The position numbers and the translations under genes are program-made. Under the pieces are notes generated by a model. The model worked only from the letters and a program-made list of their open reading frames with translations. It did no database searches and had not been told where the DNA came from. Positions 21,901 to 28,171 of a stretch of DNA of 64,000 bases are shown here, piece after piece. The stretch is from a virus (Duplodnaviria; Caudoviricetes), in IMG/VR virus record IMGVR_UViG_3300042275_000095, positions 1-64,000 of that record, one strand, 5' to 3'. Each line of letters opens with the position of its first letter. Positions within the stretch are counted from its first letter, which is position 1.

Positions 21901-24341
21901 AAGGAGATAACATAGAACCTAATAAGCAATTTCAACGTATAATGAATGACCCTAATTTAAAGGGATTATATGATTACTTAATTGGTTTACCTAGCAAGTT
22001 ATTGGATTTTAATAAAGGTATTATAGTAGACCCAAGTAGAATACCATTATTATATAATGGTGAAAGAAGTAATTGGCAAAGCTTTGTAAGATTTATGGGA
22101 TTTGCAGCAACTGAAGCAAGTAGTACAACAGCTATGACAGATATTACCAATAAAACAGTATATAACTTAAGTGTTCCAATGCTAGGTCTATTATTTAATA
22201 AAGAGAGATTAGTATTTAGAAATAGACGTAGAAATGAAAAACAAGAAGATTATGAACGTTCTATAGTAAATTATGTTAACAAAGAGTACGGTAGAGACTT
22301 TACTAGTTATAGTGAGATACTAGCACATAATAAAGCTGAAACTCTACAACGTAAGCAGTTAACATTAGAAAAGATGGAATATAACCCTCTTAAAATATAT
22401 AGATCATTTATAGAAGAGAGTTTAAACTATAAAGAAAAGATGTTACTTCATGATCAATATTCTATGTATACAGACTTCTTAGGAGAGTTTGCAAAGAGTT
22501 ATGTATTACATAAAGGTAAACCTAAAAAAGACGTAGCTAAAAAGAAATCACAACAGTCAGATGAATTTCTATTTGAAAGTGGAGATAAGAGTAATTTAGC
22601 AAATCTTGTTCAAACTTACATGAAAAGTAAGATATATCAAACTGATGAATTTAAAATGAATCAAACTTATGAACGTATATTTAAAGGTTTACGTCAGTTA
22701 ACATCATTACGTGTTATGTCAGGTAACATTAGAGCAGGTGTTAAGAACTTAACAAAAGGTGTGATTGATATAATGTCAGAAGGGGAATCTGGTCAATTTG
22801 TAGATAGAACAGGTTTGATAAAAGGATTTAGACAATATAGAAGTGCCATATCAGAGATTATAGCAAATCCTCATAGTGAAGAAACTAATAATTTAGCAGC
22901 TGCTTTTATAAAAGAGCATAATACATTATTAGAAAAACAAAATGAAAAAGGACAAGAGATTACATCTGATGTTAAAAACACTGCTGATAGGTTATTGATG
23001 GCTACAGATTTAGCATATTTCTTTAATAATGCAGGTGAACATATAATGCAATATGGAATGTATTTAGGAATGTTAAATTCACATAGAGTAGTGGATGGTA
23101 CAATTATGAATATGTCTGATTATATGGGCAATTTAGCACAAGAGTTATTAAAAGGTAATTTAACTGAAGAGGAGCTAAAGGAATTTGAGACCTATAAAAC
23201 TAAATATAGTGAAAAGGAATCATGGCGACCATTTGAATATACTGATTACTTTGGAAGGTGGATTATAAACTCTACAATTCTACATAAGAACTCTTCATTA
23301 TTGAAAAAAGTTAAAAATATTTATAAAACTGAATATAAGAAACTTAAAAAACAAAAAGAAAAAGATTTTAAATCTTATAAAACAGTATATGAATCTCATA
23401 CTACTAAAGATGGATTATTAAGTCTTAAAAAAGAGGTTAAGTTAAACCAGAATGAATTTACAAAGTTTAAATTACGTGTTAAACGAGTAAATCACAGTAT
23501 GCATGGTATTTATAATAGAGTTGATGCATCTAAACTACAAACATATGTGTGGGGTGAAACATTAACACAGTTTAGAAAGTGGATGCGACCTAATTGGAAT
23601 AGGTGGTATGGTCAAAGATTCAATAGAACAATATGGAATGAAGGACTTAACACTTGGACTAAAGGTTCTGCTATAAGTATGTGGGATTTAGCATTTAGAC
23701 CTTTCCAAGAATACAGAATGTTAGATAAGAACGAAAGAGCATCAGTTAATTTATTTAAAGCTGTATTGAGATATTGGGGTCAAATGGGAACTATGTATCG
23801 AACAATGGACGATATTGATAAACGTAACATTCGTAGATTCATGTTTAATTTCTCAGCATTCTTAACTACTGTATTTGCTGCTATGTTTGCTGCATCAGGA
23901 TTAGACGATTGGAAGAAAAAGAGTAAAACAAATGAATTACTATATGGATTCTTAATGTATCAAGTATCATCAATGTCTATGGAACTTAGTGAATTTACTC
24001 CTATATTGGGATGGAAATCAATATTTGATAGATTTATTGATAGTCCTGCACCATCACTTAAAACTGTTACTGACTTTAGTAAGTTATTAGGTTATGGTTT
24101 AGGTGAAGCAGGTACAATGTTTGGTATACCTTATGAATCTAGATTCCAAGGAGGGCCTAAGAAAGGACGTAGTAAATTTAATTCACAGTTGATGTCATTA
24201 GTACCATTAGCACGTGAAGTTTACAGTTTACGTAATATAAGTTCTATTGTTGATTACTATAAAATGAATGATACATTTAAACTACAAGAGAAATTCACAG
24301 ATTTAACTAAGCCTTCAAAAGCAGGTGGTAGAGAGAGATAG
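6999..24341 (+). CDS. Giant virion RNA polymerase polyprotein (crAss-type), with zincin and PD-(D/E)xK domains
   Basis: 5780 aa. GADFDID metal-binding loop (15411-15425) preceded by HRIP; HELVH..EELF zincin motif (9573-9587); GSELH..TGSIDLF..FDIK..Q..Y nuclease motif (~19800-20260); C-terminal hydrophobic helix. Confidence 0.9.
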   Translation: MACVYVYTDSNGKTRKYKTINDFINNHHSEIWNEFVDYMSNRNNIAADSDIWYGKEMLDSFKNYVYNEFKRDVPREDNTISEETQEFINRATDIEHTLTTLETLAIEGHLYNEEVIEMLKAKVENAFNELGSRETSMFTEEGMYKAENIINSIANELIKIRNSQASEESYDAVVHDAEIMRDNLDFTNSLDLSSTFTEVEQLNNDLREDKQESANAVSALQFETNEGNSIGDKVKRASEKGFIDIEDVFTEEQLEQFNKILNLKEGDKLTAEIDKSNPRYEQNKANFNNVPIVLKRNGIKVAYLNEISVSDLNNNSYSASTFSLRNRVFYNSNGKAINLKIKSIGNTNTNIWAPRQYTGDAIGANNTKLGNAIKKLRGKEAKDSIGGFKIARVSKDKNNKKQLVNVKTGQPVHNRVKDRTNKFYVELKTIGDNSVWFPLNNATVSETSQGNDNFSKYLTTEVAHRMLEYIKAIKEYHTYLEYKRKADLNQDVKVIRNGKEVAFTDAQIQKGLIDSKNELDSREDKLHELISIGKFDNKSYFNYERNIKDIRLKALNSNSVIMEDGFQETLEIIPRINGEPLTMYFLGNKHQIDDLDSSEFYDLLHSVAKGMTRNIQIEATGVIQNVENFTVTLRNKKGDVKYKKEFKNYIDYVLKTDALLTDVGAITKNGKPISNLNMAASALFTLEVETTTSTKSKLNEELKNASNIEMTVEEFVNKFVQDLEIASSLKEVMNNFKRTGVKIAKGAISAKDVIESEFKGNYIKDAKLLKRFKELKKLGSKRTNSQNKEYNALKETNETDKQDRINNTRVQFLFNAKTNTIHFTTYAISRLKDAEVAYNNGDIDTANFIIDTVRWGAIHELVHPLLRVSFSPDMGVGKATTNKEKYAKFSDDALEIVNQILNKYSTLRNTLIERGHLTDNEVAKLDAWKTKILEGAVLPNLIQLKNTGVLNYNIEELFTYAFTDKTISTFLNDMYFDGDIDNTTKSIFQKLVDLLLNLLGITINEGSQLAKIRDLLGEHYNSNKFWETIKDSEKQISDEKSEISDEKSEISDKNDSENSKTPTGEERSISIGEKQLSNIVTIINKLKLKDSKTDFSDIENESVAEVFRFLYSLRNLSESNINEYIKGADTALDAYAVQSALQLILGLPIGRPNDNLEGLFAHYSLLDDGAFFAPNTILYNLSSVTPEFNDKGEVSIEAVTQLREYFKEIKEDLELNDIVEGDVVHSTDLNNENDNNKVYPFNLDEVARHLLNTTGKFENESVQDGSDAYTMIHDFNRQLREVGLPEVFKLTKIENTIDRLRLTIDKEGLAFINDVINNTTYTKITSLILNRTYSKDGIYLNGVFDIDRISKDKSLSLFSNTRSNVKASLLGYMVNKAISDALTWMSSYDNAADDTDAFELLDENKGIDSTVANYFGGVKNVIKLFNTRVTSIKTEEGKDMALISALPILKARTMAVKVGKGSKKREIHIPTDKFNTTGFTDDALQDIANSLVYFFGRSRRDFVLLLNKLFDDKGILSDKIKVRKQVIKSLNSIRNLYKSMNENNQYDNYIENLTTIIDDLKFRDSEIWTRFIAYLSKEVTIAEESTMSMDAIIDETIAGRNTMWGKARTQHKQTVSSNIKHLLWGNLNIRNSEDALSHMRELTSDTSSLTQLEYLIKNDKVEVSSITGLPVTIKASEVKDMLVTATSGSINKSDFINRLEEVTAIQPALYPIVEAVTTNGNEALLRKLYTAVKLQSALYVVPSIKSIYGSTGKALRFNVANIEVNPAMAIASNINNHLTNRARYLEVKALDKFIEELKAAKIGLHSNRTKTDAIVAAMMLMLKDKYKFTIRKAITKAIRKDKSFVSNFEGLLDSYITSLSYVSYDKDAKRELNKHDPSSKKDVEVSEFKLYHKGIKVFKVFNDIAYYFPLDSFYTTVDLTTAYSHQLPNYLTETIDVMNNEEGLLELGEKWYNDPAMRYNRLFNTLFTVTKGKVKIKDKNIIGSINYALLGGSINEDLSNRIEYESLLGKDWTVSQMLFYLSDYMLMNSSSDASRIYGISIPNNKFKFRNRNEFNQIYEFVQNRKQLDSIIKNPAFIQIRNILYGEINEMIVARNAFFNIDNIDGTLEVKDNVNPTILLQGVHKNKKGELLDKNGKTTGKVFTFDSLNIKHNGVLYSFEDFLAEEGINFMPNGAPLFNNEQLYNKRVESLEEAKKDIANKDFFDAVDSFIGAYIKSLINDRIATINQYKDQLLEIRKSEMSEVNNWYNESEMIIHPEQIDINRWAYSFIIDELLSNFDWNKVFQGDTIEFGPAIKQSKRLSQIGRPGEAILSDASMFTMTIKDASTESNLLKLIHDRLPQFEEYYKGAEGIKDEAASDGMTYMTRKGFEKFIKEQGLEDKYAPFLEALDSQDYNSDAFKYGIQSLKTFYFNRDIADYGNGYMRMTSEQIKHSIFVLTEDFAYSKDQRDLIKFMDRVGLDMIDFASAEKVGVTSEYELMDPKTKRLKDVNNINYADIAYYIKARPVNKYRIQLQLPQHGLDYSGKVATQLKRQFENLEMDNRIYDIEGQKFTGAELFKMYQHLFALNIEEESLALYKEFGVEMHNGIPIRNEQTGSLSINNNAIYNFIQSFVTEYYNEANLMEVVGIDDNGQTKLPVWFTTIAGRLQQRIVARIREQILQQKQVGAHAAIVANTFVNGSFDTLDNVDSSKITFRKDYLDKVKNDRNGDMTLHIEQRKVKQADGTTKKMLIAEAIISTPSGKFASNGKLLSIDELYEADPKVLQMLAHRIPIEGEQSMIMIDVVGIMHNKASHVILPDDVAVKSGADFDIDTSYMMSYNLEYYNGKIRTIPYYDKITDENIDYLYDNYINNNMTDLLRNNLKAIRNDFNAQMEAQIHDDRALTNEEFKIKLKELFEDKTKYTEFFNLPEGLQESFKVLEKDFKSLGYKGFKKFELYVNLVDSLTIVLAMSRSAEQISESTINDLIDEPAAQVFLNDAYNNFKTLSDREFSGLAYTLDKLQKEYNDNLKHYRNKLDDLLNDHIANQLAIKEGRWKDYQSNLSDALNEMKKNLMTKDEFKKIPIEEINSKLARQNRLLDITASIITSDNHFENVMKVNEFPDTENAAKATNKLWGNDLSNLDHNNGNDREVLKNLNSSAKKLKGNSIAFDRTMSILRPVNAEFANFQIPVPIAKADLKARNITMATLEKKYGKGNITEQGDHLVIMVSKLGNNLTGDGTTIFGTNIFEFINQATAHILDSASRATSKNLNEYTLGVYKLLSITGITNLVDFTTKGLSKSEINTKGATETAYYYADLFINHPAVVEIAAEFLDRTGILANSKKSTDTSIIVRDMKNRYIQEMYTQLLELNEDITIDEIENNINKNKGIKSFDILKIDSTTLNTILNKLSNLITAELRKLEPNADNVSLVRGVPTITSIENEIKYEVKNANTLRSLANKFAYLDHWATLREQSNHITQITGILKQDSIELTDSAIIKMDYNIGENAFNHDVLLEELIRLSNTDIRYSDFMSEFNRFKQLTNKEKYNKVYNEYRQAGMNIKKLYKFTVNGQNLIESILPSAFGLEQESSYESLNTFYKYGVELAKSISNSMFAYNFPVGKMIINTITKNVTNMSERNIKTAINWFNGWLATSSNMANMQAHEKYRIMSLINEQFNIKFKGGNNNFTIYRSEEDFKANVPLTEIEIEHLTLLEKINIVKQLGDYVDDYTFITDMRVTNDKNFPDNSFIKLLFPSNISTQEAQRQITAMYYDNANPIFKSLVEDLYKYSFLKDGLVFGNKISKFLPFKFLTTPGFMGQNTSFGQELHIQASKLHTLEDLAITGMGEINRAFHQSNWNNPSFVPNFYMGGENDIVIDLAKYNRDLANLKPKQLLMAKKSVIDNHKLLRGKAYIKDGHTDRLYELIRTDLTADTQQSDYYFYREIERRDTFEYSNTYVQTYKVNDIETLNEAVSLVLNGTINIPFNDGNVSSLKKANGTLLNTSQVGTELTPFDSLGTHERVEFKAEGNYNTLYSLNVEVGIDRLERIVATSSDISIVVDTGQTDIQTDDLQNKLAASKLNNKLFRVGGINSSSFIKQVSDIINNNINENDAIKLSIHIPSTGYINDLSDFNVVDMLNRLANDLTKLPMLTKAGHITLLMANNPTIAGPISSVISDIQFRNGYKPNVSDVINSNVLFSKGFRTYNSNTQLETDDTYDYTDNEGNVYSMDLSNPETESRIDDLRVNQEALYMGNKTNKAAFEFINAAAKESKAKVKSVSAHITDIVGKRTNVNVDDFDKRAGSELHSYLLPIVKDLLDNVKPETIENAINIAHKNLIAKEIITSNVTAADLLKVAGGIMQQIDSIRTQSGVDVHEAFTELVIASLNPNAKNGSTLTTGSIDLFDMNNKGGTVFDIKFSSSTTKSDTYAGVGPNESFSARFRHALQGTFYARMLEVPAMLRYKGINLKAPRISPDNIYLGNIKTTLTTHGKNNRPIIDSLEVEDFINLSATTDYIDAREIVRSADILPMDNTERALYKEHLKSLELRGTQATIRKAKDTVEAINAALVAMEHEYGNGPYKELIQSLTALIPELTEKMDITSLDVMLSKIINNLRDFTAFGLRNITYLEERAKYYNDPKLSMYQLVRSINNSNRFVKDMNLINKMVNIVKGAQDLTLIETEGIDNILTANLIDAYNNTVEGLTSGENGLLNKALELHKIYSQSIREYMTELIAFNSRNPKVQEFIIRNEDGSIDFEQTDTNVLFRFEDISIPALWLDSRFDHGIPFDDAIGMTDRVIKDKINHEKQMERLVFYKLLAKAYKGDDKWRYKGDTLKKSAEITKWFKDIFMAKDYDGKDTMHLVTAHNEQIFYGKIVDMIARIQIATESWEENEAKELRKKLEEEGLNENQIKYELKKARSASRINLLKEYEEFYNKYGDKLGASKVVVGEGATRVEMSIKNFIDKYTSGMNEQQKRIFLAYHGIIRDPYRKLIVLRPKSKALDKGDNIEPNKQFQRIMNDPNLKGLYDYLIGLPSKLLDFNKGIIVDPSRIPLLYNGERSNWQSFVRFMGFAATEASSTTAMTDITNKTVYNLSVPMLGLLFNKERLVFRNRRRNEKQEDYERSIVNYVNKEYGRDFTSYSEILAHNKAETLQRKQLTLEKMEYNPLKIYRSFIEESLNYKEKMLLHDQYSMYTDFLGEFAKSYVLHKGKPKKDVAKKKSQQSDEFLFESGDKSNLANLVQTYMKSKIYQTDEFKMNQTYERIFKGLRQLTSLRVMSGNIRAGVKNLTKGVIDIMSEGESGQFVDRTGLIKGFRQYRSAISEIIANPHSEETNNLAAAFIKEHNTLLEKQNEKGQEITSDVKNTADRLLMATDLAYFFNNAGEHIMQYGMYLGMLNSHRVVDGTIMNMSDYMGNLAQELLKGNLTEEELKEFETYKTKYSEKESWRPFEYTDYFGRWIINSTILHKNSSLLKKVKNIYKTEYKKLKKQKEKDFKSYKTVYESHTTKDGLLSLKKEVKLNQNEFTKFKLRVKRVNHSMHGIYNRVDASKLQTYVWGETLTQFRKWMRPNWNRWYGQRFNRTIWNEGLNTWTKGSAISMWDLAFRPFQEYRMLDKNERASVNLFKAVLRYWGQMGTMYRTMDDIDKRNIRRFMFNFSAFLTTVFAAMFAASGLDDWKKKSKTNELLYGFLMYQVSSMSMELSEFTPILGWKSIFDRFIDSPAPSLKTVTDFSKLLGYGLGEAGTMFGIPYESRFQGGPKKGRSKFNSQLMSLVPLAREVYSLRNISSIVDYYKMNDTFKLQEKFTDLTKPSKAGGRER
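10104..10155 (+). repeat. In-frame 21-bp tandem repeat (ISDEKSE x2.5)
   Basis: atatcagatgagaaaagtgag twice, then atatcagata. Confidence 0.9.
10181..10204 (+). repeat. Dispersed 24-bp motif, copy 1 (inside the RNAP gene)
   Basis: TCCC ACTG GG GAAGAAA GAAGCAT. Confidence 0.75.
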
Positions 24342-24364
24342 CAATTTGTTCTTATAGTGGTTAC

Positions 24365-24408
24365 ATAAAAAAGGTAAGTATTTTAATTTATACTTACCTT
24401 TTATTTTA
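24365..24408. terminator. Bidirectional intrinsic terminator between the convergent gene blocks
   Basis: AAAAGGTAAGTA-N10-TACTTACCTTTT, with A/T tracts on both sides. Confidence 0.85.
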
Positions 24409-24984
24409 TTAATTCTCACTTCCTTCTAATATATTACGTGTTTCAGCTAACTTAATATAATAATCAGGAAACTCATCTTTTAAAATATCTGTTATGTGAG
24501 TTGTATATATAATATAATCATTACTACTTAATGGAATATTCACTGTAGCTTTGTGATCAGTTGCAGTTATTATATATACATTTATAGTAATATCATCACT
24601 TGTAACTAAATGATCTAATTTATCTTTATTTACAGAATATCCAATTGTATCTACAACTCCTAATAGTTTACCTTCTTTTAAATTACATAATAATAATTTA
24701 TTGTCAGAAATAGTGTTTAAATGATTAATTAATGAATCTGTAATATTCAATGATATTCTACTATTATTGTAAACATTAGCTTTATATATTAACAATTCTT
24801 TAGGACGTATAGAGTTTAATCCTAATAAATAATCTGCATATTCACGATTAGCAGTCTCAACTATTTTTGAGTTTCTACTTCTATTTGAATAGAATTTAAT
24901 AGTGTTAGTAAAACTAACTAATTTATACTTAGTAAAGTATTCTACCTTTAATGTATAGTTTCGTTTAGAACTTTTATGTCCCAT
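24409..24984 (-). CDS. Hypothetical protein
   Basis: 191-aa ORF, last gene of the minus-strand block. Confidence 0.7.
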   Translation of the reverse strand: MGHKSSKRNYTLKVEYFTKYKLVSFTNTIKFYSNRSRNSKIVETANREYADYLLGLNSIRPKELLIYKANVYNNSRISLNITDSLINHLNTISDNKLLLCNLKEGKLLGVVDTIGYSVNKDKLDHLVTSDDITINVYIITATDHKATVNIPLSSNDYIIYTTHITDILKDEFPDYYIKLAETRNILEGSEN

Positions 24985-25013
24985 AAATTAAAGTTTAAAT
25001 GGTTAGTATCAAT

Positions 25014-25074
25014 ATGCATCTTTTTCTCCTATAGGGGGATTCCTTACAACTCCCTAAAGGAAAGAGAGATGCAC
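25014..25074. repeat. Back-to-back inverted pair of the 24-bp motif (copies 2 and 3)
   Basis: Minus strand 25037-25014: CCCC TATA GG AGAAAAA GATGCAT. Plus strand 25051-25074: TCCC TAAA GG AAAGAGA GATGCAC. Intergenic. Confidence 0.85.
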
Positions 25075-25093
25075 TTTTATTTAAAAGTTATTG

Positions 25094-25315
25094 TTAATAC
25101 TTTATAGTTTCACATTCCGAATTTAATATAATAGGACTTTTTGAACTTGCTATTATTAAATTTTTGAATTTCAATAAATAGTACTCATCTCGCTCCACAC
25201 TTTCATTTTCTTCGTCAAATACTTGTAAGATTTCAAAATCTCCTATTTTATCCATCACTGTGTATAATATATAGTTATATACATAACCTTCAACTTTTAT
25301 TAAATTAATTGCCAT
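25094..25315 (-). CDS. Hypothetical protein
   Basis: 73-aa ORF with an A-rich upstream leader. Confidence 0.65.
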   Translation of the reverse strand: MAINLIKVEGYVYNYILYTVMDKIGDFEILQVFDEENESVERDEYYLLKFKNLIIASSKSPIILNSECETIKY

Positions 25316-25327
25316 AATTTTGATTTT

Positions 25328-25355
25328 AAAAAGGGAGTGCTTTTACACACTCCCT
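25328..25355 (-). terminator. Intrinsic terminator after dUTPase
   Basis: AGGGAGTG/CACTCCCT stem followed by a U-tract on the minus strand. Confidence 0.75.
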
Positions 25356-25402
25356 ACACACAGTTAATAATTAACCTTACAACTTAAAAATAAGGCTATT
25401 TC

Positions 25403-26035
25403 TTATTTACCACTACTTCCAAATCCACCATCTTTTCTATCAGTAGTAGGTAATTTAATAAATTCCTCCATACTAATTGAATCTGTATATACAGGTGCTA
25501 CTTTAGCTATTACAAGTTGAGCTATTCTATCACCTTTTTCAAAAGTTATAGCTCGTTTACCATGATTAACTAATATAACTTTAACTTCTCCTCTATAACC
25601 TTCATCTATGGTTCCAGGAGAATTACCTACAGTTATACCATGTTTATTAGCTAATCCACTACGAGGTCTAACTTGAGCCTCAAAGCCTTCAGGTAAAGCT
25701 ACATGTACACCAGTTGGTACTAATAATCTGGCATTCGGAGATATTACAAAGCTGTCTGTACAATGTAAATCATATCCTGAATCACCTTCCTTAGCTTTAG
25801 TCAATTTACCTGTATGTTTAACTTCTCGTTTAACTATCAATTTTGAATAGATTTCACCTACGTTTTCACGTAAATGGTTCTTTTGACCTATTAGAGAATG
25901 AATAGATTGTTCATGTAATCTTACATGCCTTTTTAATTGACTTATATCTCTAGTAGTAAGTAGTACAAATATAACTAAACTTACTACAAATATTAACATT
26001 AATCCTAGTTTAACATATTCCATTTTAAATTTCAT
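25403..26035 (-). CDS. dut: Trimeric dUTPase with an N-terminal transmembrane/coiled-coil extension
   Basis: All five motifs present: GDSGYDL, RPRSGLA, GTIDEGYRGE, GDRIAQLV, RKDGGFGSSG. N-terminal hydrophobic LGLMLIFVVSLVIFVLL. Confidence 0.92.
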   Translation of the reverse strand: MKFKMEYVKLGLMLIFVVSLVIFVLLTTRDISQLKRHVRLHEQSIHSLIGQKNHLRENVGEIYSKLIVKREVKHTGKLTKAKEGDSGYDLHCTDSFVISPNARLLVPTGVHVALPEGFEAQVRPRSGLANKHGITVGNSPGTIDEGYRGEVKVILVNHGKRAITFEKGDRIAQLVIAKVAPVYTDSISMEEFIKLPTTDRKDGGFGSSGK

Positions 26036-26037
26036 TT

Positions 26038-26937
26038 TTAATTTCTAGATTTATTTAATTCGTCAACTGTTGTCATACCACTTACTACCTTTATTAAGTT
26101 AGTTACACCTAATACTTTTTCAGGTTTAGTATCAATTTCAGTCTTATGGCTACTTAGATGTTGTGTAAATGCATTATATACATTCCACATTCGATTATTA
26201 CCTTCCTCATGTAAGTTATATAGTTGGAATATCCTACCGTTTTGATTAGGACTTAACATTGCAGCCATTCCAAAATTAAATGTATATGTATTCACTAATT
26301 CTAATTCATAGTTTATAATGTTTAAATCAGCAATAACATTTTTAACTTGTTGTTCATCTAATTTTTCATTGAATAGTGTCATTTGAAATCTATGTTGATC
26401 TTTTACACTATTCTCTATATCATTATTAAATTCATGGGATGTATCCTCTAATGCAAATCTTAAATCTTCAACTGCACGGTTCCATTCTACTTCTTTACGT
26501 CTTGTATCTGAACCTTTAGTTGGTGCTTTTATCTTCAATACTTTAATATCATCAGCATTTAGAATCATCATATTCATACATGCCATTACATTTGTACCTC
26601 TATATACTTTTATAATTGGTTGTTTACCTGAATAAGACCAGATTATACCTACTGTATAATTACTTTCAGGTAATATACTGTCATTACTTATTCCAAATGG
26701 AGATATTATACTAACTAAACCTTTTTGAAAACTTGTTAAACCTTGACCTCCATTTGTAGGTGCTAACTGTATTTTATCAGATACCTCTGCATTTATATTA
26801 CAGTTTTCAGTAAACATATCATTTAGTTTCAATTCATTTAGAAACCAATTAGACAGTTGTCCTGGGGATGGATAAGTTCTATTTTGATTTACCCATGCAT
26901 CAGTTTGCAGTAATTCTGCATATTCTATATTTGCCAT
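26038..26937 (-). CDS. DUF932-like protein
   Basis: GIIWSYSG...G.NVMACMNMMI and a C-terminal WNVYNAFT resemble the DUF932 family, which is common in crAss-like replication modules. Confidence 0.55.
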   Translation of the reverse strand: MANIEYAELLQTDAWVNQNRTYPSPGQLSNWFLNELKLNDMFTENCNINAEVSDKIQLAPTNGGQGLTSFQKGLVSIISPFGISNDSILPESNYTVGIIWSYSGKQPIIKVYRGTNVMACMNMMILNADDIKVLKIKAPTKGSDTRRKEVEWNRAVEDLRFALEDTSHEFNNDIENSVKDQHRFQMTLFNEKLDEQQVKNVIADLNIINYELELVNTYTFNFGMAAMLSPNQNGRIFQLYNLHEEGNNRMWNVYNAFTQHLSSHKTEIDTKPEKVLGVTNLIKVVSGMTTVDELNKSRN

Positions 26938-26938
26938 A

Positions 26939-27316
26939 TTAAATTAAATTAAATTGTAAATAGCCTTCGTTATATCTATCTATAATAGAATAATATAACT
27001 TTTTAGCATTATTATACGTTTTTATTGTTTCACCTACTACTTGAATGTTATGTATTGTTTTAATGTCAATATCTGAATCCAACTTAGATATAACTTTAAT
27101 AATGAATCTTCCTTTTTTATATTTATGTAATCTAAATTCAGAAATGTTTATATAACCAGTTGGAATATATACTTCATATACTCGCATTAATAACAACTTA
27201 AATGTATCATTTAAAGTATAACTATCAATTATTTCATTTTCCATGCCCATATCAACAGGTCTAGGATAGTTATATAATTTAGAATTACTTAAATATATTG
27301 ATACCGGAGCTTTCAT
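26939..27316 (-). CDS. Hypothetical protein
   Basis: 125-aa ORF, tightly packed in the operon. Confidence 0.7.
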   Translation of the reverse strand: MKAPVSIYLSNSKLYNYPRPVDMGMENEIIDSYTLNDTFKLLLMRVYEVYIPTGYINISEFRLHKYKKGRFIIKVISKLDSDIDIKTIHNIQVVGETIKTYNNAKKLYYSIIDRYNEGYLQFNLI

Positions 27317-27318
27317 TT

Positions 27319-27870
27319 TTAAAACTTAATATTAGCTAATTTAATACCATGAGTTTGATATTTAATAGGTGCATCTAAATCAACTACCGAGCCATGCATA
27401 TCTTTTAGTTTATGACCTAACTCTATTAAATTATCAGCTAATTCAATAGTATCTAAATTAACACTTATATTTGTACCTTCAGGTAAAGCCTTTTGAACTT
27501 CTGATAAATTATCTAAATCTTTAAATAACTTATCTATCTCTTGTTTAATATCTGTAATTGGATTTTCAAACTCTTTTTTGGTATATGTAACACCATGAGA
27601 TATTTTCTTACCATCAATTGTTGACTTATTAAATTCTAAAGCTAAGTTATCAATTATTTCTTTTAATTGTTTATCCTCTTTAATTAATTCATTAACTTTG
27701 TTTAATTTATAGGTGGCAATATAAAATCTAAGTAAACCTTCATCTGAAATGTTACCTTCATCTATACTTTCTTTAATCATTGCATAGATTTCTTTTTCAT
27801 TTTTTAATCTTACGGTATTAGATATTATACCACTGTCTAATTTACTAACTTTTTTACCTTCTGTTTTCAT
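27319..27870 (-). CDS. Hypothetical helical protein
   Basis: 183-aa ORF, tightly packed. Confidence 0.75.
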   Translation of the reverse strand: MKTEGKKVSKLDSGIISNTVRLKNEKEIYAMIKESIDEGNISDEGLLRFYIATYKLNKVNELIKEDKQLKEIIDNLALEFNKSTIDGKKISHGVTYTKKEFENPITDIKQEIDKLFKDLDNLSEVQKALPEGTNISVNLDTIELADNLIELGHKLKDMHGSVVDLDAPIKYQTHGIKLANIKF

Positions 27871-28171
27871 TTGTATAATTATTATAATTAAATACGTAAC
27901 TTACTCTATTGTCTCCTTCTATAAGTTCAATTAAATCTTCTAATGTTGCAATTGTTATTAAAAGTGCATGTTCTAAATCATAATTTCTAATTTTTATGAT
28001 ACGTTTATTTCTAAATTTATCTTTAAATGTTAGAGTAACAGTATAGTTAATTCGTAATGAATTAAATTGTCTATTTATGTTAATGTTATATTTAAAACTT
28101 TGCACTTTAATAACATATGAGTTAATTGTACCTATTAAATATTCCAACTTCATATCTTGTAAATCACTCAT
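27854..28171 (-). CDS. Hypothetical protein
   Basis: 105-aa ORF with short overlaps to both neighbours. Confidence 0.7.
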   Translation of the reverse strand: MSDLQDMKLEYLIGTINSYVIKVQSFKYNININRQFNSLRINYTVTLTFKDKFRNKRIIKIRNYDLEHALLITIATLEDLIELIEGDNRVSYVFNYNNYTNENRR

